Source: an uncultured Acholeplasmataceae bacterium
GTDB lineage: Bacteria > Bacillota_I > Bacilli_A > RF39 > UBA660
Assembly: GCA_905203475.1 (NCBI GenBank)
Contig: CAJKWD010000003.1
Coordinates: 1-63,451 of the forward strand
Length of the DNA stretch: 63,451 nucleotides
Direction: 5' to 3'
The notes beneath the pieces are model-generated. The model ran no database searches and was not told the origin of the DNA. It was given only the letters and a program-made list of their open reading frames with translations. The position numbers were made by a program, and so were the translations under genes. Below, in pieces: positions 46,955-56,442 of the stretch (its first letter is position 1; the number at the start of each line of letters is the position of its first letter).

Positions 46955-49195
46955 ATGGTTCGAATTATAAAACACTTATGTAGATATTGGTATTCTGTTT
47001 TGATTGTCATTGCTCTTTTATTTGTGCAAGCAGCATGTGATTTATCATTACCAGAATATACTTCACGTATTGTAAATACAGGAATTCAAGAAGGTGGTAT
47101 TGAAGATAATACACCAGAAGCAATTTCTAAAAATAGTTTTGAAGATATCTTACTTTTCTTAGATGAAAAAGATAGTAAATTTGTTCAAAATCAATATGAT
47201 GTTGTTTCTAAAGACGAGGCAACGAAAGAGCAATTAGAAACCTATCCAAAATTAGAAAAACAAGATATTTATGTGTTAAAAGATATTTCTAAAGAAAATC
47301 ATGAAAAATTAAATCAATTATTACAAAAGCCATTAACATATTTATTATTATTTAGTGGTGATACTGAAGAAGGGGCAAAAATTGAAGAACAAGTATTAAA
47401 GAATTTACCTGAACAATTTGCATCAATTCCCAATATGACAGTTATGAAATTGTTTGAAATGATGCCTCAGGAACAGCGTCAAGATGTGATGAAACAACTT
47501 GATCAAAAAATGAAAGATATGCCAGATACCATGCTAGAACAAAGTGCTGTTCAATTTGTAAAAGCAGAGTATCAAAAATTAGGTATGGATACAGATAGCA
47601 TTCAAACGAATTACATTTTTATATCTGGGTTAAAAATGCTTGGTTTGGCACTTGTATCTATGGTGGCAACTGTAATGGTTGGATTCTTAGGATCTCGTAT
47701 TGCTGCTAGACTTGCTCGTGATCTTAGAAATCAAGTATTCAAAAAAGTGGTTGACTTCTCAGAAAGTGAGATGAAACAGTTTTCAACAGCTAGTTTAATT
47801 ACACGTAGTACGAATGATATTCAACAAGTTCAAATGTTATTAGTTTTCTTACTACGTACTATTTTCTATGCTCCTATTATCGCAATCGGAGGAGTAGTAA
47901 AAGTACTAGCAACGGGTACTGGTATGGCATGGATTATTGCTGTAGCAGTTATGGCCATTGCAACATTAGTTATTGTATTATTTGCCATTGCAATGCCTAA
48001 ATTCAAACGCGTTCAAAAATTGATTGACCGTTTAAATTTAGTAACTCGTGAAATTTTAACAGGACTTCCTGTTATTCGTGCATTTGCTAAAGAGAAACAT
48101 GAAGAAGCTCGTTTTGATAAAGCAAATAAAGATTTAAAAAATAATCAATTATTTATTGTGCGTGTTATGGCAACCATGATGCCACTTATGATGTTTACGA
48201 TGAATTCTATTGCTGTTTTAATTGTCTGGGAAGCTGCTAAGGGAATTAATAGTGGTATTATGCAAGTTGGAGATATGATGGCATTTATTCAATATACAAT
48301 GCAAATTATTATGTCATTCTTAATGATTTCTATTGTATCAATTATGCTTCCACGTGCTATTGTCAGCATTGGTCGTATTGATGAAGTATTAAAAACGCCA
48401 TTTACTATTTTAAATCCAAAGCATAAAAAAGAACCAACAGAGGTTGGAACAGTTGAATTTAAAGATGTTTCATTCCGTTATCCTGATTCTGATGGATATA
48501 TGTTACATCATATTAATTTTAAAGCCAATAAAGGAGAAACAGTGGCCTTTATTGGATCTACTGGTAGTGGTAAATCGACTTTGATTAATTTAATTCCACG
48601 TTTCTTTGAAGCTAGTAAGGGAGAAGTGCTAGTCGATGGAGTGAATGTCAAAGATTTAGATCAAAAAGATTTACGTGATAAAATTGGATATGTTCCACAG
48701 ACAGGTATTCTATTCTCAGGTACTATTGCTTCTAACTTACGTTATGGAAAAGAAGATGCAAGTGAAAAAGAAATTCATGAAGCATTAGATATTGCTCAAG
48801 CATCTGAATTTGTCAATAAGTTAGAAAAGGGAATTGAAAATCCAATTAGTCAAGGTGGTACAAATGTCAGTGGAGGTCAAAAACAACGTTTATCAATTGC
48901 TCGTGCAGTTATTAAAAAACCAGAAATTTATATTTTTGATGATAGTTTTTCAGCACTTGACTTTAAAACTGACGCCGCACTTCGTAAAGCTTTAAGAGAA
49001 AAAACAAAGGGAAGCACAATGTTAATTGTCGCTCAACGTATTAGTACAATTATGAATGCAGATAAAATTGTCGTATTAGATGATGGTAATGTTGTCGGTA
49101 CTGGTACACATCAAGAATTGTTAAAAACATGTGATGTATATCGTGAAATCGCATTATCACAATTGTCAAAGGAGGAATTAGATTATGAAGGGTAA
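46955..49195 (+). CDS. ABC exporter, fused TMD-NBD, with a long extracytoplasmic insertion after TM1
   Basis: Six-TM exporter domain, Walker A GSTGSGKST, VSGGQKQR, IFDDSFSALD. Confidence 0.9.
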   Translation: MVRIIKHLCRYWYSVLIVIALLFVQAACDLSLPEYTSRIVNTGIQEGGIEDNTPEAISKNSFEDILLFLDEKDSKFVQNQYDVVSKDEATKEQLETYPKLEKQDIYVLKDISKENHEKLNQLLQKPLTYLLLFSGDTEEGAKIEEQVLKNLPEQFASIPNMTVMKLFEMMPQEQRQDVMKQLDQKMKDMPDTMLEQSAVQFVKAEYQKLGMDTDSIQTNYIFISGLKMLGLALVSMVATVMVGFLGSRIAARLARDLRNQVFKKVVDFSESEMKQFSTASLITRSTNDIQQVQMLLVFLLRTIFYAPIIAIGGVVKVLATGTGMAWIIAVAVMAIATLVIVLFAIAMPKFKRVQKLIDRLNLVTREILTGLPVIRAFAKEKHEEARFDKANKDLKNNQLFIVRVMATMMPLMMFTMNSIAVLIVWEAAKGINSGIMQVGDMMAFIQYTMQIIMSFLMISIVSIMLPRAIVSIGRIDEVLKTPFTILNPKHKKEPTEVGTVEFKDVSFRYPDSDGYMLHHINFKANKGETVAFIGSTGSGKSTLINLIPRFFEASKGEVLVDGVNVKDLDQKDLRDKIGYVPQTGILFSGTIASNLRYGKEDASEKEIHEALDIAQASEFVNKLEKGIENPISQGGTNVSGGQKQRLSIARAVIKKPEIYIFDDSFSALDFKTDAALRKALREKTKGSTMLIVAQRISTIMNADKIVVLDDGNVVGTGTHQELLKTCDVYREIALSQLSKEELDYEG

Positions 49196-50984
49196 AAATC
49201 ATGCACCAAGTTCCGAAAGAGCAAAAGACTTTAAAGGAACATTAAAACAACTTGCACATTATCTATCTCCTTATAAATACTATATCTTTACAGTTGTATT
49301 ATTTGCTATCTTAAGTGCTACATTCTCAATTATTGGACCAAAGATCATGGGAGAGGCAACAACGGAGATATTTAATGGTTTAGTTAGTAAAATCAGTGGT
49401 GGAAGTGGAATCGATTTTTCTAAGATTGGTCGTATTCTTATTTTCTTGTTAGGATTATATGCAGTGAGTGCTGTATGTAATTTTATTCAAAACTTTATTA
49501 TGTCTGGTGTCAGTCAAAAGATCGCCTATGGATTAAGAAAATCCATTAGTGAAAAATTAAATCGTTTACCGATGAAATATTTTGATCATAAAACACATGG
49601 AGAAATATTAAGTAGAGTAACGAACGATGTCGATACAGTAAGTTCTAACTTAGATCAGTGTATGACTCAAATGATTACTTCAATTACAACTTTGATTGGA
49701 GTTGTGATTATGATGCTTACAATCTCTCCATTGATGACATTAGCTGTTTTAGTAATTATTCCTGTTGCCCTTATTTTACTTGCCTTTATTGTTAGTCATT
49801 CCCAGAAGTACTTCGAAAGACAACAAGAATATTTAGGACATGTAAATGGAAAAGTAGAAGAAGTATATGGTGGTCATAACATTGTAAAGGCATTTAATGG
49901 GGAAGAAGAAGCTGTAGAAGAATTTAAAGTATTAAATCAAACTCTTTATCGTTCTGCATGGAAAAGTCAATTTTTCTCAGGAATTATGATGCCTCTTATG
50001 AATTTTATTGGTAACTTAGGATATGTAGTAGTATCTATTTTGGGGGGATATCTTGTTATTCAAAATACAATTTCTGTCGGAGATATTCAAAGTTTCATTC
50101 AATATGTTCGTAACTTTATGAATCCACTTTCTAATGTGGCACAAATTGTTAACTTAATTCAAGCAACGATTGCTGCTGCGGAAAGAGTATTTGAATTCTT
50201 AGGAGAAGAAGAGGAAGTAAAGGAAACAGAACATCCAGTATCTACCGAAAACTTAAATGGAAATGTAACTTTTTCACATGTTCAATTTGGATATGATTCT
50301 GATAGAACGATTATCAAAGATTTTAACGCAACTGTAAAACAGGGACAAAAGGTTGCAATTGTCGGTCCTACAGGAGCAGGAAAGACAACTATGGTAAAAT
50401 TACTAATGCGTTTCTATGATGTGAATAAAGGTAGTATTCAAATTGATGGCCATGACATTAAAGACTTTAAACGTCAAGATTTAAGACGTATGTTTGGGAT
50501 GGTATTACAAGATACATGGCTATTCTCTGGTACGATTGAAGATAACGTGAAATATGGAAAAATGGATGCTACATTTGAAGATGTAGAAAAAGCATGTCGT
50601 GAAGCTCACGCCGATCATTTTATTAAAACACTTCCAGAAAGTTATCATATGGTAATTAATGAGGAAGGAAATAATATTAGCCAAGGGCAAAAACAACTTT
50701 TAACAATTGCCCGTGTAATCCTTGCTGATCCAAAAATCTTAATTTTAGATGAAGCAACGAGTAGTGTTGATACAAGAACAGAAGAATATATACAAAAAGC
50801 AATGGATGAACTTATGAAGAATAGAACAAGCTTTATCATTGCCCATAGATTATCAACGATTCGTAATGCCGATTTAATCTTAGTCATGGATCATGGTGAT
50901 ATTGTAGAACAAGGAAACCACGAAGAATTATTAAAGAAAAATGGTTTCTATGCAAAATTATATAATTCACAATTTGAAGAATAA
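49185..50984 (+). CDS. ABC exporter, fused TMD-NBD (heterodimer partner)
   Basis: Walker A GPTGAGKTT, ISQGQKQL, ILDEATSSVD. Overlaps the previous gene by 11 nt. Confidence 0.9.
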   Translation: MKGKNHAPSSERAKDFKGTLKQLAHYLSPYKYYIFTVVLFAILSATFSIIGPKIMGEATTEIFNGLVSKISGGSGIDFSKIGRILIFLLGLYAVSAVCNFIQNFIMSGVSQKIAYGLRKSISEKLNRLPMKYFDHKTHGEILSRVTNDVDTVSSNLDQCMTQMITSITTLIGVVIMMLTISPLMTLAVLVIIPVALILLAFIVSHSQKYFERQQEYLGHVNGKVEEVYGGHNIVKAFNGEEEAVEEFKVLNQTLYRSAWKSQFFSGIMMPLMNFIGNLGYVVVSILGGYLVIQNTISVGDIQSFIQYVRNFMNPLSNVAQIVNLIQATIAAAERVFEFLGEEEEVKETEHPVSTENLNGNVTFSHVQFGYDSDRTIIKDFNATVKQGQKVAIVGPTGAGKTTMVKLLMRFYDVNKGSIQIDGHDIKDFKRQDLRRMFGMVLQDTWLFSGTIEDNVKYGKMDATFEDVEKACREAHADHFIKTLPESYHMVINEEGNNISQGQKQLLTIARVILADPKILILDEATSSVDTRTEEYIQKAMDELMKNRTSFIIAHRLSTIRNADLILVMDHGDIVEQGNHEELLKKNGFYAKLYNSQFEE

Positions 50985-51067
50985 AGTTCAGAAGTACAAC
51001 TTAGCTGGTTGTACTTCTTTTTTGTTCATGTTACAATAACAATAGGAATAATAAGAGGGGTATTGAT

Positions 51068-51670
51068 ATGTTTCGAAGCCGTAATTACAAAGATCAAGAA
51101 GTAGAAATTTTACATCCATATGAAATGGAAGATATATTAGAAGATGATTCTTCTATCACAATGGAAAGTTCCAAAAGAGAGCATAAATTATTATTACCAG
51201 TGATTGTCTTTTTATTAATTGTGGGAATTGGCGGATATTTTATGTTGAGTTCCTTTGGCGTTTTCGGTGCTAGTAAAACATTATGCACAAAACAAGAAAC
51301 AAGTCATCATATCTCTATACATGATCAATATCAACTTTCTTTTGAAAATAACTTATTAACATCATTTACTTATGAAGATGAAATGCAATTACCAACATCT
51401 TCATCGGGAATGGATCGTTATTATTTTGAGAGCCGTAAGACGATGTTAGCGTTTCAATCTAATAAAATTAAAAATCAACATGGTGTGATTGTGTCTTCTG
51501 AATTAGTTGATACTTTTTATCATTTAGTTGTAAAGGTTCCACTGCGCAAGATTGATAATGTGATGGTGCAAATGGTGGATAATGAGGAAGATATATTGGA
51601 ATTGGATATGTCAAAACAGGATGTTTTGCAAATGATGGCGGAAAACGGGTATCAATGTCAGACAGCATAA
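51068..51670 (+). CDS. Bitopic membrane hypothetical protein
   Basis: One TM helix at about aa 40-62 and a ~135-aa external domain. Confidence 0.5.
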   Translation: MFRSRNYKDQEVEILHPYEMEDILEDDSSITMESSKREHKLLLPVIVFLLIVGIGGYFMLSSFGVFGASKTLCTKQETSHHISIHDQYQLSFENNLLTSFTYEDEMQLPTSSSGMDRYYFESRKTMLAFQSNKIKNQHGVIVSSELVDTFYHLVVKVPLRKIDNVMVQMVDNEEDILELDMSKQDVLQMMAENGYQCQTA

Positions 51671-51777
51671 TACGAATATAGGTTGACACCTTTTTCTTTT
51701 TTTGTGTCAATAAGGGCAACAGATTTGAATAGAATGTGGTATAATGTATTCGTTTACGACTTAGAGGAGATGGTATT

Positions 51778-52590
51778 ATGTTATATTTACAAGTTATTAT
51801 TTTAGGAATTATTCAAGGAATTGCAGAGTTTTTGCCAATTTCTTCTAGCGCTCATTTAATTATATTCCGTGATATTTTTGGAATTGGAAGCTCAATGGGT
51901 TCAGATATTACAATGGCCTTTGATATTGCTCTTCATTTAGGAACTTTACTTGCTATTGGTTTATTCTTTTTTAAAGACTTTTTAAGAATTTTAGTAAATG
52001 GATTTACAAAACCAAAAAGTAAAGACGGAAAGTTAATGTGGTTTATTTTACTAGCATGTATTCCAGCTGCTGTTTTTGGTATTTTATTAGAAGAAACAGT
52101 GGAGAATGCATTGCGTGGTAATTTTGTATTAATTGCGATTGCTCTTATCTTTATGGGGATTATCATATATTTATGTGATTATTACTTTAAGCAGAAAAAA
52201 GGTTTTGAGGAAATGACTTGGCTAGATGCTTTAGTGATTGGATGTGCACAAGTTTTCGCATTAATCCCAGGTTTTTCTCGTAGTGGAACGACGATTGCGG
52301 CAGCACGTGCGAGAGGAATGAACCGTGAAGATGCAGCTAAATTTTCATTCTATTTATCTGCGCCAGTAGTAGCAGGGGCAGTATTACTTACATTCTTAAA
52401 AGATTCGACTATGGCTTTAATTCAAGCAAACGTAGGAATCTTTGTACTAGGAGTTTTAATTTCTTTCCTTGCGGGATTAATTTGTATTAAATTCTTATTG
52501 AAATACTTAAAATCACATGACTTTAAAATATTTATGTGGTACCGTATTGCTTTAGGTATTATTGTCTTACTTTGTTTATTAGTAATGTAA
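51778..52590 (+). CDS. uppP: Undecaprenyl-diphosphate phosphatase
   Basis: GIIQGI.EFLPISSS.HL and PG.SRSG.TI motifs. Confidence 0.92.
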   Translation: MLYLQVIILGIIQGIAEFLPISSSAHLIIFRDIFGIGSSMGSDITMAFDIALHLGTLLAIGLFFFKDFLRILVNGFTKPKSKDGKLMWFILLACIPAAVFGILLEETVENALRGNFVLIAIALIFMGIIIYLCDYYFKQKKGFEEMTWLDALVIGCAQVFALIPGFSRSGTTIAAARARGMNREDAAKFSFYLSAPVVAGAVLLTFLKDSTMALIQANVGIFVLGVLISFLAGLICIKFLLKYLKSHDFKIFMWYRIALGIIVLLCLLVM

Positions 52591-52620
52591 AACATGAAAT
52601 TTTCATGTTTTATTTTTTTA
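52589..52620 (+). terminator. Rho-independent terminator after uppP
   Basis: Palindrome AAACATGAAA/TTTCATGTTT followed by a T-run. Confidence 0.7.
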
Positions 52621-52660
52621 ATTTATAGTATAAAATATAGACATAAGGAAGAGAGAACGA

Positions 52661-53437
52661 ATGATTACTAATTTTCAAAAGCAAAGTCGTAAAGATGATG
52701 TCAAACTGTTAGTTTGGATTGTTGTAGGCTTTTTATTTATAGCTTGGTTTTGCAGCCCTCCTGGAAACAAATTGTTACAACTTTGTTTTTGGGGAAATAA
52801 TACTAAGTATTTCATCACTAAACTTTTCAGTGATAATAGTTCTACTGAGTATATATTTCATAGAAATAATGCTGTTTATCTTGCAAAAATGTATCCAGAT
52901 AAACCAACGGCTTTGAAAGAAATGAATAAAGCCATTGAAACCCTTCCTTCTTTTGCATCTGATGCAGAGCTTAGAAATCTATATAAAGATCGTGCAGAAA
53001 TAAGATTATTTCTTGGAGATCACAAAGGTGCATTAAATGACTTTATTAATTCTGATTTAATATCTTTTAGTGACAATTTAAAAGTCGCAATGCTTTTTAA
53101 AGTCGCGGGAAATTACAAAGAAGCTATGAATTACTGCAATGCTATGCTTAACCAAGATCCGTTTGCATATGCAGGTTTTGCATGTATGGCTGAAATATAT
53201 TTATCTGTTGACAGACCTGATGTGGCGTTAAGAGTTTGGAACTTAGCCTTAGATAGAAATAAAAATAATCCGCGTGCTTATGTTGATAGAGCTCTTGTAA
53301 AAAAAGCAATGGGAGATTTGAGCGGATATAATACTGATTTGAAGCTTGCAAGAGAATATTCTCCTGCAATAAGTGAAGAAGATTCTATTATTGAAGATTC
53401 TTTACATCCAAAAATTCTTGCTCTGTCAGTAAGATAA
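52661..53437 (+). CDS. TPR-repeat protein with an N-terminal membrane anchor
   Basis: One TM helix, then several 34-aa TPR-like units (A...Y......A..D...A........P....A). Confidence 0.65.
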   Translation: MITNFQKQSRKDDVKLLVWIVVGFLFIAWFCSPPGNKLLQLCFWGNNTKYFITKLFSDNSSTEYIFHRNNAVYLAKMYPDKPTALKEMNKAIETLPSFASDAELRNLYKDRAEIRLFLGDHKGALNDFINSDLISFSDNLKVAMLFKVAGNYKEAMNYCNAMLNQDPFAYAGFACMAEIYLSVDRPDVALRVWNLALDRNKNNPRAYVDRALVKKAMGDLSGYNTDLKLAREYSPAISEEDSIIEDSLHPKILALSVR

Positions 53438-53516
53438 ATCTTAATATTTAATTTATACTCTGTTTGCTTTTTTTGTTTTAAAATTATATTAAGAAAGTAG
53501 CCAGCGGAGTGGAGAA

Positions 53517-55139
53517 ATGAAATATTCCGAATACTCAGTAGTAATTGTAGGAAGCGGTGCTGCAGGTTTATATGCAGCGTTAAAAATATCACAGCAGATA
53601 AATTTACCCGAAGGAGTTCTGCTGTTAACAAAATCATATCTTGGAAACAGCAATTCGCTTTATGCACAAGGTGGGATAGTCGGTGTTTTGCACCAAAATC
53701 CAGAAGACTGTGTTGAGAAACATGTAGAAGATACATTAACAGCTGGGGCTGGACTAAGTGATAGAAGCACTGTTGAATATATCTCTGAAGCCTCTGATGA
53801 AGTGATTAATGATTTAATTGAAAATGGGGTAGATTTTGATAGAAATGCTGATGGTGAGCTTACTTTTACACTTGAAGCAGCTCACAGCATACGTAGAATT
53901 TTGCATGCTGGCGGCGATGCTACCGGACGTGGTATTACAGAAGCCCTGTGTCGCGAAGTGAGAGCAGATGAGAACATCGTAGTTATGGAGAATGCTGTAG
54001 CAGCAGAACTGCTTGTAGACTCAGATCAGGAATGTAAAGGGGTTATCGTTTATAATGAGCTAACCGGTGAGCATGAAATTGTTTATACTTCTGCTCTGGT
54101 GCTTGCAACAGGTGGTTTAGGACAACTATATAAATATACAACAAATCCGGATGGAGCTACCGGTGACGGTATAGATTTGGCATATAATGCTGGTGCAATT
54201 ATTCAGGATATGGAGTTTGTACAATTCCATCCTACTGCTTTGGCATTAAGTCCAGAAAGTAAAGATAGATTTTTGATATCCGAGGCCGTAAGGGGTGAGG
54301 GTGCAAGGCTTATAAATAACCATGGAATGGAATTTATGTCAAAATATCATGATAAACGAGAATTGGCTCCTAGAGATATTGTAACAAGAGCAATTTACAG
54401 TGAAATGAATAAAGAACATAAGTTTAACGTCTTTTTAAATGCTTCAATGATTGATCATATGAAGTTATTTAAAAGATTTCCTACTATTTCAAAGAGATGT
54501 GGCGAGTGTGGTATAGATATTTCTGCAAAACCTATACCTGTAGCTCCAGCTGCACATTATAGTATGGGGGGAATAAAAGCTAGTGTTGAGGGAAGGACTT
54601 CAATCAGAGGCTTGTATGCAATAGGAGAATGTGCTTCTACAGGACTTCATGGGGCAAATAGACTCGCAAGTAATTCTCTGCTTGAATGCGTTGTATGTGC
54701 TTATGAATTAGCAGATTATCTATCTTTTGCAAATCTCGCCATACCTAAAAAAATTGATGAAAATATAAGACGTATTATTGATATATATTCCCAGCCTTTG
54801 AGCGAAGCAGATTATAACATTGAGCTTTTGAAAGCAAATCTAAAAGATATTATGTGGAATAATGTTGGAATAATACGTTCTGAGGAAAACTTGCTAAAAG
54901 CACGCAAAGAAGTAGAAAATTTGAAAAAAGCTTTTAAGAGAACAAGAAAGTGCTTGAATAAAGAAGAGTATGAGTATAGAAATATGCTCAGTGTTGCGTC
55001 ATTAATAATTGATTCTGCTCTATCACGTAAAGAATCAAGAGGTGCCCACTGTCGTTCGGACTACTCTCAGCTTGATAGGGTAGCACGCCATACTAATTTA
55101 TTAAAAAATGAAGAGAAGGAGCTTATAAATGTTAAATAA
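53517..55139 (+). CDS. nadB: L-aspartate oxidase
   Basis: VVIVGSGAAGL FAD motif, RGEGA.L.N, HY.MGGI, C-terminal ESRG.H.R.D. Confidence 0.93.
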   Translation: MKYSEYSVVIVGSGAAGLYAALKISQQINLPEGVLLLTKSYLGNSNSLYAQGGIVGVLHQNPEDCVEKHVEDTLTAGAGLSDRSTVEYISEASDEVINDLIENGVDFDRNADGELTFTLEAAHSIRRILHAGGDATGRGITEALCREVRADENIVVMENAVAAELLVDSDQECKGVIVYNELTGEHEIVYTSALVLATGGLGQLYKYTTNPDGATGDGIDLAYNAGAIIQDMEFVQFHPTALALSPESKDRFLISEAVRGEGARLINNHGMEFMSKYHDKRELAPRDIVTRAIYSEMNKEHKFNVFLNASMIDHMKLFKRFPTISKRCGECGIDISAKPIPVAPAAHYSMGGIKASVEGRTSIRGLYAIGECASTGLHGANRLASNSLLECVVCAYELADYLSFANLAIPKKIDENIRRIIDIYSQPLSEADYNIELLKANLKDIMWNNVGIIRSEENLLKARKEVENLKKAFKRTRKCLNKEEYEYRNMLSVASLIIDSALSRKESRGAHCRSDYSQLDRVARHTNLLKNEEKELINVK

Positions 55140-55959
55140 TTTTTTTATAGAAGAACACGTTAAGGCTGCATTACAGGAAGATATTGGTTTTGGTGATATT
55201 ACAACAGATTATTTAACATCAGAAGATGATATGATGAGCTGTGAACTTAATACCAGAGCAGACGGAATATTCTGTGGTAAAAATGTCTTTGAAACTGTAT
55301 TTAGACTGCTTTCTCCAAAAGTAAATATAAAATTTTATTTTAATGATGGTGATGTAATCAGTAAGGGGGATAAAATTGCTGATATAGAAGGCCCTGCGAG
55401 ATATATTTTGATGGGTGAACGAACGGCCTTAAATTATGTTCAAAGGATGAGCGGTATTGCGACAGAAACAAATAAATATCAGAAAGCAGTAGGAGAGTAT
55501 AAGGCCAAGATAGTTGACACAAGAAAAACTACTCCTGGCTTTAGAGCTTTTGAAAAATATTCTGTTAAGACTGGTGGAGGCAGCTTGCATCGTTTTAATC
55601 TCGCAGATTGTGCGATGATAAAAGATAATCATATTAAATTTTCAGGTTCTCTTACAGAAGCAGTAACAAGGTTAAAAAAACATATATCTCATGCTCATAA
55701 AATTGAGGTAGAATGTGATACTCTTGAGCAAGTTAAGGAAGCTCTTGATTGTGGTGTTGATATTATAATGCTTGATAACATGGGGCTTGATACAATGCGT
55801 GAAGGGGTTCGTTTGATAAACGGAAAAGCAATTATTGAAGCTAGTGGAAATGTTAATTTAAATACAGTTCATGACATTGCTGCAACTGGAGTTGATATTA
55901 TCTCATCAAGCGCAATTGTTGCTAAGGCGCCTACATTGGACTTAGGTTTAGATATGTAA
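55129..55959 (+). CDS. nadC: Nicotinate-nucleotide diphosphorylase (carboxylating)
   Basis: L.ED.G.GDIT, GER.ALN..QR.SGIAT, DTRKT.PG.R, IMLDN. Confidence 0.93.
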   Translation: MLNNFFIEEHVKAALQEDIGFGDITTDYLTSEDDMMSCELNTRADGIFCGKNVFETVFRLLSPKVNIKFYFNDGDVISKGDKIADIEGPARYILMGERTALNYVQRMSGIATETNKYQKAVGEYKAKIVDTRKTTPGFRAFEKYSVKTGGGSLHRFNLADCAMIKDNHIKFSGSLTEAVTRLKKHISHAHKIEVECDTLEQVKEALDCGVDIIMLDNMGLDTMREGVRLINGKAIIEASGNVNLNTVHDIAATGVDIISSSAIVAKAPTLDLGLDM

Positions 55960-56226
55960 TCAATACTCATTTTTGAGCTTGGACACATCTCGCTCAAGCG
56001 TGTTGTTTTTGTCTTTTAAATTTTTAACATTAGTATTGAGCTTACGTGTCTGTTGTTTAAGCTTATTAATTTCAAGTTTGAGAGTACGGATTTGAGATTG
56101 AATCTTAGTAATATCATCTTCAAATTCTCTATGCTGTTTTTCGAAGTTACGGTGCTCCTGCTGAGCATCTGCAGCCTTAAAGTGGGTATACAATTTGGGT
56201 GTGTAGTAATTAAAAGTTATTTTCAT
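55960..56226 (-). CDS. Small coiled-coil protein
   Basis: 88 aa with heptad-like K/E/L/N repeats. AGAAGGACGA RBS-like sequence upstream. Its stop codon abuts the nadC stop. Confidence 0.45.
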   Translation of the reverse strand: MKITFNYYTPKLYTHFKAADAQQEHRNFEKQHREFEDDITKIQSQIRTLKLEINKLKQQTRKLNTNVKNLKDKNNTLERDVSKLKNEY

Positions 56227-56310
56227 TATTCGTCCTTCTATTTTATATATTAAATTAAAACTTGAAAATAAAAAAAATGCTATTTATATGATAAAATTAA
56301 TTTAAAGCGC

Positions 56311-56384
56311 CTCCTTGTAGCTCAGTTGGATAGAGCGCAGGTCTCCGAAGCCTGAGGTCATGGGTTCAATTCCCGTCAAGGAGG
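56311..56384 (+). tRNA. tRNA-Arg (anticodon CCG), no encoded CCA
   Basis: Acceptor CTCCTTG/CAAGGAG, D-arm GCTC-AGTTGGATA-GAGC, anticodon stem CAGGT/GCCTG with loop CTCCGAA, T-arm ATGGG-TTCAATT-CCCGT. The 5' boundary is uncertain by 1 nt. Confidence 0.8.
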
Positions 56385-56442
56385 TTTTATTTATATATAA
56401 AATATGTTATACTTTAAAAAAAGTACTTGGAATTAGAGGATA

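Noticed and set aside
53278-53736. 152-aa minus-strand ORF spanning the TPR gene 3' end and the nadB 5' end
   Set aside because: It overlaps two well-supported plus-strand genes and has no recognisable motif, so it is a shadow ORF.
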